DNA of 64,000 nucleotides from an uncultured virus (IMG/VR IMGVR_UViG_3300032138_000963) (Duplodnaviria; Heunggongvirae; Uroviricota; Caudoviricetes): IMG/VR virus record IMGVR_UViG_3300032138_000963; one strand, 5' to 3'. Shown piece by piece: positions 20,009 to 28,708 of this stretch (position 1 is its first letter; each line of letters starts with the position of its first letter). The notes under the pieces were generated by a model. It saw only the letters and a program-made list of their open reading frames with translations, ran no database searches and was not told where the DNA came from. The position numbers and the translations under genes were made by a program.

Positions 20009-22096
20009 TCAGACCTTCATCTTCAAACGCTTGGCCTCCTTGTTGGCCACACGCAGACATGCAGCACGTTCATCCCTGACGCGCTTGCTCGTCTCATATT
20101 TGCCCGAGGCCTTCATCTTGGCGAGGTGATTGAAGACTGCGTACAGATTCTTCTTGGTCGGCTTGTCGCAGTACGTGTCCCAGAGCTTCTGGCAGCGATC
20201 GGTGAGGATCTTCCAGCCAGGCTTCGTTTTCCGGGCTACCTTCTTCTTGGCCTTCTTCGGATTCGTGGCAGCTACCGTGTGCGACTTCGGCTTGCTGCGC
20301 CGTGCTGACAGCGGGAGGGGCGGCGGAGTCTTGCGCTTCCTCTTCGCGGTGGTCTTCGCCTTCTTCGCCTTCTTCGCCTTGGCCCGCTTCACCGCATCGC
20401 CGAGATACGGATTCGGATACGGCCCATACATCTTCTCCATCAGCTTCGGAGAGTCACGGCGAGCTGACGCCAGGGAGATCGCCACTGCCTGGCGTTGTGG
20501 GCGACCGGCGGAGACCTCGGTCGAGATGTTCTTGCTGATGATCGTTCGCGCACTCCGCTCGGATGCTCCGCGAGGAATCTTCTTGAGCGGATTCTCCTTC
20601 GGGTGCTCCCCAGGATTGAACCTGCGGCGCGGCATCCTCCAGGCGCCCTTGCTGTCCTGGTAGTAGCCGACGTTCTTCACAGCGCCCCACGCCTGCTTGC
20701 GCGCGCTCTCCTTCGACGATCCACGAATGCGAGCGCTGATGTAGACCGACTCCCACATGTTCACAGCTCGAGGGTACGAGCCAAGCGTTCCCAAGGCGGG
20801 CATTTCGGCGACGAGGGCAAGCGACCTCTCGTCCACTTTTACCGCCGACACTGGATTTGGCTTGCGCTTCTTTGCCGAGCGCTGCTTCTTCCCGGCGTAT
20901 TCCATGAAGCGCTGCAGATCCGCCGGGTCCATGTTCCGGACTTCAGCGTAGAGAATCAGCTGACGCTCGGCGTCGTCGAGCTGCTTCTTTGCTCGAGCGA
21001 TAGAGCCTGGAGAGCTACCCGGAGACGTCACGAGGTTCAGGTGAGCCTTGCGCTTGCGACGATAGTTGGAGGCGTACTGAGCGAGGGTCTTGTCCGTCAC
21101 GGACCCCGATGACACGGGGTTAGACCTTCGGCGGCTACGCTTTTCGGAGACAACTGCCGTCCGGAGCTGACGCAGATCCCTGACCATTCGACCGCTCGTT
21201 TCAGGATGACGTTCAGCTCGCTTGATCAGACTCGTCAGCGCCTTGTGCTCCTGCTCGAGGCCAGTCATGGTCATCCCGGGAAGCTCAGACTCATAATGCC
21301 CAGGGTTGATTTTCGCCAGCTTGCTACGCAGCGATGACCCGGACACCTCGACCCCCACCTTGCTCGCCCTCGAGGCTTTTCCTGCCGCACCCTTCGCTCG
21401 CTTCTGGCGACCCTTTTTGATCTCCGTCTCCAGGGTGAATGCTCGAGCAGGATTCTTCTTGCGCTTCTTTTTCTTCTTGGTCGCTATAGCTATTCCAGCT
21501 CCTGCAACCGCGCCAATGGGGCCGAGGGCAAGTGCCCCGATTCCGCCGCCGATACCTGCGCGCCCGACATCCGTCTTCGCCGCCTTCTTGACCTTGCGCC
21601 CAGCCTTCTTGGCCTTGGCCTTGATGGTCGACTTCTTCTTGGAGGCCTTCTTCTTGGGGGTCTTCTTTTTTGGGTTCGGTAGACGGCTCATGAGTTCTTC
21701 TCGCTGACGAGGGTCTTTGCGACCCATGGCATGGCGGCGGCGCTGTTCAGTATCGGCGACCTCGCGTCGTCGCCTGGTCTCGGTCTGGAACTCATCGATC
21801 GAAGCGAACAGTCCTTTGTCCGATTCATCAGCACCAAATCCCGCGAGTATGTATTCTGCAGCAAGACCCTCGTCGTCCGGGTTCAGGCGGAAGGATCCGC
21901 GCGATAGCTGCCAGCGGCCACCCAGCTTTTGGCTGACGTATCCGCGCTCTTTGAGATACTGGAGACCCCATCGGACCCTCGTCTCATCGAGCCCGGTCTC
22001 CTTCACGATTTTACGCTCGGTCAGCCCGCGCCTGGCAGGCTTGAGGGCCCTGACGATTTTTCGCCCGGCCTGAGGAGTCGTAACCCTCCCCTCCAC
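20009..22096 (-). CDS. Basic multi-module protein (winged HTH-like, glycine zipper, ChaB-like, others) with 10 Asn-Pro motifs
   Basis: N-terminal wHTH pattern; GIGGGIGALALGPIGAVAGAG; ARKQAWGAVKNVGY...GAW. Confidence 0.85.
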   Translation of the reverse strand: MEGRVTTPQAGRKIVRALKPARRGLTERKIVKETGLDETRVRWGLQYLKERGYVSQKLGGRWQLSRGSFRLNPDDEGLAAEYILAGFGADESDKGLFASIDEFQTETRRRREVADTEQRRRHAMGRKDPRQREELMSRLPNPKKKTPKKKASKKKSTIKAKAKKAGRKVKKAAKTDVGRAGIGGGIGALALGPIGAVAGAGIAIATKKKKKRKKNPARAFTLETEIKKGRQKRAKGAAGKASRASKVGVEVSGSSLRSKLAKINPGHYESELPGMTMTGLEQEHKALTSLIKRAERHPETSGRMVRDLRQLRTAVVSEKRSRRRSNPVSSGSVTDKTLAQYASNYRRKRKAHLNLVTSPGSSPGSIARAKKQLDDAERQLILYAEVRNMDPADLQRFMEYAGKKQRSAKKRKPNPVSAVKVDERSLALVAEMPALGTLGSYPRAVNMWESVYISARIRGSSKESARKQAWGAVKNVGYYQDSKGAWRMPRRRFNPGEHPKENPLKKIPRGASERSARTIISKNISTEVSAGRPQRQAVAISLASARRDSPKLMEKMYGPYPNPYLGDAVKRAKAKKAKKAKTTAKRKRKTPPPLPLSARRSKPKSHTVAATNPKKAKKKVARKTKPGWKILTDRCQKLWDTYCDKPTKKNLYAVFNHLAKMKASGKYETSKRVRDERAACLRVANKEAKRLKMKV

Positions 22097-22097
22097 G

Positions 22098-23678
22098 TCA
22101 CTTCACCTTCAGGCGCTTGGCCTCTTTGTTGGCGACGCGGAGGCAGCGGCTGCGCTCCTTCTTGACCTTCTCGCTCTTCGAGGACTTCATCTTCTCGAGG
22201 TGCTCGAGTACGGCGCGAAGATTCTTCTTGGTGGGCTTTTCGCAGTACGCGTCCCAAAGCTTTTGGCAACGGTTGATGAGCAACGTCGACGGCGGAGTCT
22301 TCTTGCGCGCAGGCTTCTTCTTGGCCGGCTTGGTCAGCACGATATCCTCGGCCGCCTTGGCCGCCGAGAAGGCCGACGTGTATTTCGGCTCCTCGACAAC
22401 CTTGATCGGACGAAGGTTTTGGTCGACCACGAAAGACCCCCACTTCTTCCCCTCAAGAAACACAGCAAGCGTTCGAATGGGGTCCTCGTGAATGATCTGG
22501 CTGACCATGAATCCTGGCTGGAGTTCTCCCCATCCGAGACGCAGCTTCTTTTTCTGTGTCGCAGAAAAGCTCTTAGCCTTCTCCGGATTCTTCTTCGGCT
22601 TGGTCTGCCGCTCAGCCGATTCCTCGAGCGCCTTGAGCAGCTCGTCCGTGTCCTTGCCGTGGAAGTGCAGGCCGATGCACGGATTCTTCTTGCGACGCCC
22701 CTTCGGACGAAGCGCCTCGAGTGCCTTGCGCAGATTCCGAAGGTCGGTGGCAAACTTGCGCCGGTCGGCGGTAGCCCAATCAGCCTTGGCCTTCGGAGTG
22801 AACTGCCTGGAGAACGTCTCGAGTTCGCGTTGGAGATTGTCGATGCCGCCCGAGGTTACGTCCCCCTGGCTGTATTCCTGAATGACAACGACGAAGTCGC
22901 GGACGCCCTTCTTTGCGTCGGCGTAGGTCTTGAGAACCTTGCGAGGTTTGGTTCGGTTATGGATATCCTTGATGCGCTTGGCCACGCGCTCCATCCCTCT
23001 GCGGATGGATTCGCCGCGACGGAACTTCACATCTAGCCCGCGGATCTGCGCCGTGACCCACTCAATATCCTCTTTGACTTCCGCGCGAGTGTCTTTCTTC
23101 GCGTGCTTGTAGACCCTTTTCCACTCCTCGACGAGCTTGCCGAAAACCTCAGCCTCTTCGGACTTGCGGCGCGACTTCTCGTCGACCTTCTTGCCCGGCT
23201 TTCGAATGACGATGCCGGAGTCCTGTTCGAGCGTGAGAACAGCGCCCATAACCTTGCCCAGATCCCCGCGGATATCGGACCCCCTCTTCTTCGCCTTCTG
23301 CTCGACCTTGAATATCGCCTTGTCGATGTCGTGGATGTGCTCCTGGTTGAACGAGGCTCCAGGAGAGTTCCGGATGATATCCATTCGCTCCCTAATCCGC
23401 CGCAGCATGATCTTGCTGTGCTGCACGATGCGGCGATCCAACTCGCGGAGCCGCAACTTGCTTCCAGCGATCGTCGTACGAAGCTCTCGCGGAACGGACT
23501 GCTTGTTGGCGCGGAGATTCTCCCGAATGTCCTCGTAGTGATTCAGATCGCGCTGCGTCTGCTTGTACTCTTCGTACACCGCGTCGATGGCTGAGCCGGA
23601 TTCATGGACCACATCGTCGATGTCGCGGCCCAGGTTCCTGGCGTCGTCCGGGTTGAGCTTTCTCGTTCGTTTGGCCAT
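22098..23678 (-). CDS. Basic helical protein with 3 Asn-Pro motifs; C-terminal module shared with the downstream gene
   Basis: RCQKLWDAYCEKPTKKNL...CLRVANKEAKRLK. Confidence 0.85.
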   Translation of the reverse strand: MAKRTRKLNPDDARNLGRDIDDVVHESGSAIDAVYEEYKQTQRDLNHYEDIRENLRANKQSVPRELRTTIAGSKLRLRELDRRIVQHSKIMLRRIRERMDIIRNSPGASFNQEHIHDIDKAIFKVEQKAKKRGSDIRGDLGKVMGAVLTLEQDSGIVIRKPGKKVDEKSRRKSEEAEVFGKLVEEWKRVYKHAKKDTRAEVKEDIEWVTAQIRGLDVKFRRGESIRRGMERVAKRIKDIHNRTKPRKVLKTYADAKKGVRDFVVVIQEYSQGDVTSGGIDNLQRELETFSRQFTPKAKADWATADRRKFATDLRNLRKALEALRPKGRRKKNPCIGLHFHGKDTDELLKALEESAERQTKPKKNPEKAKSFSATQKKKLRLGWGELQPGFMVSQIIHEDPIRTLAVFLEGKKWGSFVVDQNLRPIKVVEEPKYTSAFSAAKAAEDIVLTKPAKKKPARKKTPPSTLLINRCQKLWDAYCEKPTKKNLRAVLEHLEKMKSSKSEKVKKERSRCLRVANKEAKRLKVK

Positions 23679-23681
23679 CGG

Positions 23682-24983
23682 CTAGCTCTTGTTTCGCTTT
23701 CGCAGCTCTTGTCGAGCCAACTTGATTCTCGCCCTGGCCTGCGCAACTCCATCGGTGTCACCGGCGTGCTGGAGTTCCTCGCGGGCAATCTCCAGATGCT
23801 TGTAGGCGTTGAGCAGATCCGTGACGTTGCAGCTGTCGCAGTACTTCTTCCAGCAAGCGTCAGCCTTTTCCATATGCGAGTTGCCCATCTCCCGATGGTC
23901 ACCCTGCGAGGGGTTAGACTTTCGCTTGCTCAGCTCCCGAGTGCATGTCTTGAACATCTCGATGATGTTGCGCCGGAGCGAACTCTTCCTATCCATCGCC
24001 TTGTCGGCGCGACCTTTCTCCTCTCCGAGCACGAAGTTTGCTCGGGCGTTTTCGATGTGGTCGTATGCCTTCATGACCGCCGCGAAATCGGGCTTACCGG
24101 CCTTCAGGGATTCATTCCACCGAGCCTGCCACTCCTCGGATTTCTCGAGAGCCTTTTTTGCCTGCTTGATCGCGGCGGATTCGGATCGTCGAAATGAGAA
24201 TGGATTCGATGGATTTCCCTTCGGAATGTAGACGAGCTTGCGGCCGCGGGCGGGCTTCCCGGGTTCTGACGGCCGACGCATGCGCTCGGACTTTCCGACC
24301 TTCGCCTTTCTGCGGCCTTCGCGGACGCGTTCGCGGCGCCGCTCCTCTGCGGCGGCTTCGCTCTCGGCGGTAGTCTCGCGCTCCATAGCCTCGCGCTGAC
24401 CGGCCGTTCGGCGATGGATGCCTCCGCGCACCTTCTTCGACCTTCGCACCTTCTCGCGGGGCCTGATGCCCCTCTCGTCGTACCAGATCAGCGCGGTGTT
24501 GATGACGCGGCGAACGGCAACCTCGGCGGCGCCCTGGTCTGGGAATCGCTTGTTCAGAGCCGGGGAATCGAAGATCGGCGGCGCCCCGGGCGACGGGATG
24601 ATCTGTCGACCGCGTCGAGTGATTTTTGCGCCCCACTGTCCATCAGGAAGCTGGACGAGGACGTATCGAAATCCGTCATGCGTCCCTGAAACCTCCCGGC
24701 GCGGCTTTGCTTTGGATGTGCGTGAGACCTTCTTCTTCTTCCCCTCACGCTCGCGGTGGTACTTAGCCTCGGTCAACTCCCTCGACAGATTCGTCATCTC
24801 TCCGAGGAGCTGTGCCGCTCGAGCCTGACGCTCTGGCCCCTGGTCGAGCTTGAAGATCACGTCGGGACGGTGGACCTCGAATAGATCCTTCAGATCCCCC
24901 TCGCCGTCATCACCATGTCTGATGATTTCTGCAGACAGCCTCTTGAAGGCTTCCTTCGCCTTGTCTGGATTTTTTCGAGCCAT
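23682..24983 (-). CDS. Basic protein with 4 Asn-Pro motifs
   Basis: MARKNP, KGNPSNP, RKSNP. Confidence 0.85.
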   Translation of the reverse strand: MARKNPDKAKEAFKRLSAEIIRHGDDGEGDLKDLFEVHRPDVIFKLDQGPERQARAAQLLGEMTNLSRELTEAKYHREREGKKKKVSRTSKAKPRREVSGTHDGFRYVLVQLPDGQWGAKITRRGRQIIPSPGAPPIFDSPALNKRFPDQGAAEVAVRRVINTALIWYDERGIRPREKVRRSKKVRGGIHRRTAGQREAMERETTAESEAAAEERRRERVREGRRKAKVGKSERMRRPSEPGKPARGRKLVYIPKGNPSNPFSFRRSESAAIKQAKKALEKSEEWQARWNESLKAGKPDFAAVMKAYDHIENARANFVLGEEKGRADKAMDRKSSLRRNIIEMFKTCTRELSKRKSNPSQGDHREMGNSHMEKADACWKKYCDSCNVTDLLNAYKHLEIAREELQHAGDTDGVAQARARIKLARQELRKRNKS

Positions 24984-25001
24984 GAAACCTCGGAGTCCGG
25001 A

Positions 25002-25211
25002 TCAGTCCGGAAGGCCGTCGCGGACGTTGTCGAGTCGATCGCCGTCAGCCTCGACCTTTGCCAGAAGCTCGTCAGGAATCAGGCCTCCGGCGCGAACGTC
25101 GGCAGCCATTTCCTCGAGACTCTTGGCGAGGGCCTCCCGGGTCACCTTGGCGACCTTGGCGATGCCGGTGATGACAGACGTGATGATCGTGATGATTTCT
25201 GCAGCGCCCAT
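25002..25211 (-). CDS. Small protein with hydrophobic N-terminus
   Basis: GGAGG upstream; directly follows the lipoprotein gene. Confidence 0.7.
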   Translation of the reverse strand: MGAAEIITIITSVITGIAKVAKVTREALAKSLEEMAADVRAGGLIPDELLAKVEADGDRLDNVRDGLPD

Positions 25212-25213
25212 TT

Positions 25214-25651
25214 TCAGACTCCTCCGGTCAGCTTCTTGAGTTTCTTGACCAGCTCTTCACCCTTCGGAAAAAGGGAGAGCAGAGCCATCGCGGATTCGAG
25301 AACCTTTTTCGTTGCCGCTTTGCGCTCGTCGGCGGATCCATCGACGACGATCATCGCTTCAGTGTGAATCTTCGCGGCCTCGTGATACGCCTTCACCGCG
25401 GTTTCGATTTTGTCGTGCGTCGGCTTCGCGTAGGCGTCCCCCATGCACTCGTCGAGTTCGGTCTTGGTGGTGACCTCCGGATTGTTTTCCGGATTGCACC
25501 CATCGAGCTTTGCGTTGAATTGCTCGCTATAGACGTCGTAGGACTCCGTCGCAAACTGCTTCGTCACCGCTCCGGCAACGTAAGATGCTTTGTAGCTGCC
25601 GGCGCAGCCTGCCGTGAGAGTCAGTGAAAGTGCGAGAGCGATGCGTCGCAT
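25214..25651 (-). CDS. Lipoprotein
   Basis: MRRIALALSLTLTAG-C lipobox. Confidence 0.8.
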   Translation of the reverse strand: MRRIALALSLTLTAGCAGSYKASYVAGAVTKQFATESYDVYSEQFNAKLDGCNPENNPEVTTKTELDECMGDAYAKPTHDKIETAVKAYHEAAKIHTEAMIVVDGSADERKAATKKVLESAMALLSLFPKGEELVKKLKKLTGGV

Positions 25652-25721
25652 GCCCCAAGACTACCATTTTTCATCTCGCGCTTCTAGCGCTGCATTCCTA
25701 AGTCGTGGTAAGATCCGGCGG

Positions 25722-26627
25722 ATGGATTACCGCCTCATCCTCGGAGCCGCAGCCGTCGGCGTGGTCGCACTTTCCGGCAGGAAAAAGCGAGGAGGCGGGG
25801 GCGCTCGCAGTTCCGCAGTGCAGAAGGTTAGCCCCCAGGCGACCCTAATCAACCCTGCAGCATCGATGGAGGCGATTGAGCTTCCGCAACCGGATTGGCC
25901 GAAGATGAAATTCGACATTCCTTTTGCTGCTGGGAATGCGTGGCCTGTGTGGCCAACGATCTCGAACCACAAAAAGAAGTTCTTGGTATCCTATCGAACC
26001 GTGTCCGGGCCAGTCATTGGAAATGGCGCGCGTCGATTTATGTGCGACAGGAGTGGTGACGGGCGCTATCACGTCGGCATTGATTTGTACGGATATCCAG
26101 ACGACCCGATTCTAGCGATGGAAAACGGGACCATCGTCAACCATTATCACTTCTACCACGGAGCCCACGCGCTGTTCCTTCAGTGCGACTCAGGCCTCGT
26201 CATCAACTATGGAGAGGTGAAAAAGAACTCGTGGAGCGAGTTCGGATTGAGCAAGGGATCCAAGGTCAAGAAGGGGCAGCCAATCGCTCGCGTGGGATTG
26301 ATGAGCGGCGGGTCACACATGCTCCACTTCGAGACATACATGCCCCCCACGAAAAAGAACAAGCGATACTTCGGGGATGATGTTGGGCCAATCCTGAATC
26401 CAACATACTACCTCCTGCGAGCGCAGTTTTTGGCGGGTGCGGGGCGCACTTTTTCTGGGACAGATTGTATCGCTGAGGGATCGCTCAATCGAGAGGTCCC
26501 GGAAAAGCTTCAGCATATCGCGCGAGAAGACGAGGCGCTCGGAGAGGCCCCCGGTGACAGCGTGTTGCCTGAGCTGCTCACGGACGACATGTGGCGAGCG
26601 GAAAAAGATAGGTCCGACGGACCCTGA
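25722..26627 (+). CDS. M23 family peptidase with N-terminal membrane anchor
   Basis: HVGIDLY (HxxxD), HMLHFE, VKKGQPIARVG. Start reassigned to MDYRLILGAAAVGVVALSGRKKR. Confidence 0.85.
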   Translation: MDYRLILGAAAVGVVALSGRKKRGGGGARSSAVQKVSPQATLINPAASMEAIELPQPDWPKMKFDIPFAAGNAWPVWPTISNHKKKFLVSYRTVSGPVIGNGARRFMCDRSGDGRYHVGIDLYGYPDDPILAMENGTIVNHYHFYHGAHALFLQCDSGLVINYGEVKKNSWSEFGLSKGSKVKKGQPIARVGLMSGGSHMLHFETYMPPTKKNKRYFGDDVGPILNPTYYLLRAQFLAGAGRTFSGTDCIAEGSLNREVPEKLQHIAREDEALGEAPGDSVLPELLTDDMWRAEKDRSDGP

Positions 26628-26638
26628 GCGAAAGCGCG

Positions 26639-27142
26639 ATGGCAAACCCACTCCTACTCATCGCCGCCGGCGGCGCAACACTTCTCTTGCTTGGCGGAAA
26701 GAAGCGCAAGGGGCGAACTGGATCATCGTCGACGCCGCGCAGCAGCGATCCGGTCGGCGGTATCAATAGGTCCCCTAGTCAGGACGCGCAGCCGGAAGAC
26801 TCCGAAGGGGCTAGTCCATTCACCGCTTCGATGGCCAAATCCAAGACTCACACCATCGCAGTACGACCGTTCGCGGGAGGGTGGACCGTCAGCGTCGTCG
26901 GTGGCGTGCATGATGGCGATGGGTGGATTCCGACTGAGACGAAGGAAAGGCTTCTCTCTTTCGGCGTGCGCGGCCTCGACAGGGTGGTCGTGCGCATTCC
27001 GGCAGGGGATCTTCCAGGCGTCCATTTCGATGACAATGGGTTTCTTCAGGGCGAAGAGATCTCCAAGGCCGTCTATTGGACAACGAGCATGGCTCGAGAT
27101 ATCACGAGCCTCGTAGACGTGCAGTCGCACCAAAATCCGTAA
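26639..27142 (+). CDS. Membrane-anchored hypothetical protein
   Basis: MANPLLLIAAGGATLLLLGGKKRK. Confidence 0.8.
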   Translation: MANPLLLIAAGGATLLLLGGKKRKGRTGSSSTPRSSDPVGGINRSPSQDAQPEDSEGASPFTASMAKSKTHTIAVRPFAGGWTVSVVGGVHDGDGWIPTETKERLLSFGVRGLDRVVVRIPAGDLPGVHFDDNGFLQGEEISKAVYWTTSMARDITSLVDVQSHQNP

Positions 27143-27151
27143 GAGGAGAAA

Positions 27152-27907
27152 ATGGCATTCCCACTCCCAATTTTACTAGCCGGCGGCGCGGCGCTCCTTC
27201 TTCTCGGCGGCAAGAAGAAGCGGAAATCTTCAAAGGTGAGCACCCCAGACGTTGAGCCCCCAGACGCGGATACCCACGAGCCCGAGGGTCGTTCCGGAAC
27301 CGCCATTTGGATCAAGCGCCAAGAGGCACTAGCGAAGGTTGCCAAGAGCGGCCTTTGCTCCTGCGATCCGGGAAAGATCGACGGCAAGGTAGGGCCATCC
27401 ACCAGAAACGCCATCAAAGCGTTCCAGCTTTGCGCAGGTATCGAAGACGACGGCAAATGGGGATCGATCACGAACCAGAAGATGAACGAGTTTCTCGCTC
27501 AGGTAAATGGCCCTTCTCCCCTACCAGAACCCGCCCCTCTACCAAAACCCGCTCCGAAGAAAAGGCATAACGTCTTTTGGTTGGACAGCCCAGCAGCCGC
27601 TGCTGCGGCGTTCGACACCTTCGACAAGAACAGGGGGCAAATTCACATCGTCTACAAACAGCAGTTTTCCGCCCTCCAGCAGGCGGTGGGATCCGTCGGG
27701 GCTGAATGGCCAGATGTCGACTTCGTCATCGTGAGGGATGGCGTCTACCAGCACATCAAAGATAACAGGGGCGACGTGGGAGCCTTTTGCCATCCCGGGC
27801 TGGATGCGGTTATTTTCTCTCCAGACTTCACGTCCTGCATCGGACAGGCACACGCGATTGCCGACATCGAAAACGAACTTCGTGATGCCGCAAAGCAGTT
27901 CGGCTAG
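27152..27907 (+). CDS. Membrane-anchored peptidoglycan-binding protein
   Basis: Anchor MAFPLPILLAGGAALLLLGGKKKRK; IDGKVGPSTRNAIKAFQ...DDGKWG. Confidence 0.85.
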   Translation: MAFPLPILLAGGAALLLLGGKKKRKSSKVSTPDVEPPDADTHEPEGRSGTAIWIKRQEALAKVAKSGLCSCDPGKIDGKVGPSTRNAIKAFQLCAGIEDDGKWGSITNQKMNEFLAQVNGPSPLPEPAPLPKPAPKKRHNVFWLDSPAAAAAAFDTFDKNRGQIHIVYKQQFSALQQAVGSVGAEWPDVDFVIVRDGVYQHIKDNRGDVGAFCHPGLDAVIFSPDFTSCIGQAHAIADIENELRDAAKQFG

Positions 27908-27943
27908 CCCTCATCGAATCACCCTGATAGAATAGGACCAACC

Positions 27944-28435
27944 ATGGCGAACTCCCCACTCCCACTTTTGATCGCTGGCGGCGCAGCACTTCTGCTTTTG
28001 GGCGGCAAGAAGAAGAAGGCGACGACTGCTGCCGCACCATCTGAGCCCGAGTTCGAGGAGCCCGAGTTCGAGGAGCCCGAGGATACGGGGGAGGAGGAGA
28101 TGGATCAGGGCGATGGCCCCGAGCCTCCAGAGACTCAGGCGGAGGGACCCGGATACGGAAGCGTTGCGAGCGGCATTCGCAAAGACAAGCGGGGGCATCA
28201 TGCATGGCGCATCAAATACGATGCCGATGGCTACCATGCGCTGATCATGGTCACCAACCACAGATACTCCCCCGTCGCCGACGAGGCAGGGGTCGCGGCT
28301 TCAGTGAAAGCGGCGAAGGGTCTTCTGCGCGACTACTTCAACGAGCTGCTGATCGAGAAGTATCCGAACGAGCAGCCGAAGAACGACCCTGCCGACGTAC
28401 AGATCGCCGCCGTCGGCAAGCTCGCGTTCAGGTAG
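27944..28435 (+). CDS. Membrane-anchored hypothetical protein
   Basis: MANSPLPLLIAGGAALLLLGGKKKK; EPEFE repeat. Confidence 0.8.
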   Translation: MANSPLPLLIAGGAALLLLGGKKKKATTAAAPSEPEFEEPEFEEPEDTGEEEMDQGDGPEPPETQAEGPGYGSVASGIRKDKRGHHAWRIKYDADGYHALIMVTNHRYSPVADEAGVAASVKAAKGLLRDYFNELLIEKYPNEQPKNDPADVQIAAVGKLAFR

Positions 28436-28438
28436 TCG

Positions 28439-28708
28439 TCAGCTGACGATGAATGCCCGAGATAGATCCGCCTCCGGCTGCTCGGCCTCGTAGATCTTGC
28501 ACAGGTATCGCCGTCCCGAAATGTAGGTCACAGCGAGGAACGCATCAGTGCCGTCCAGATCGATCCTGTGCGGCACTGCAACATCTAGCTCATCCAAGCG
28601 CCTGAAGAGCGCTTGAGTCTCCGTGACCTCGAGCGCCTCGAGAAGTTGGCCGTCAGGCAGCTCGACCGCTGCGCCTCTTTGAAGTGGGATCCACGTCACG
28701 TCAGGCAT
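28439..28708 (-). CDS. Hypothetical protein
   Basis: Coupled to the muramidase gene. Confidence 0.55.
   Translation of the reverse strand: MPDVTWIPLQRGAAVELPDGQLLEALEVTETQALFRRLDELDVAVPHRIDLDGTDAFLAVTYISGRRYLCKIYEAEQPEADLSRAFIVS

Noticed and set aside
18470..24830. Long Phe/Leu-rich plus-strand ORFs
   Set aside because: Antisense to Lys-rich genes (AAG read as CTT/TTC).
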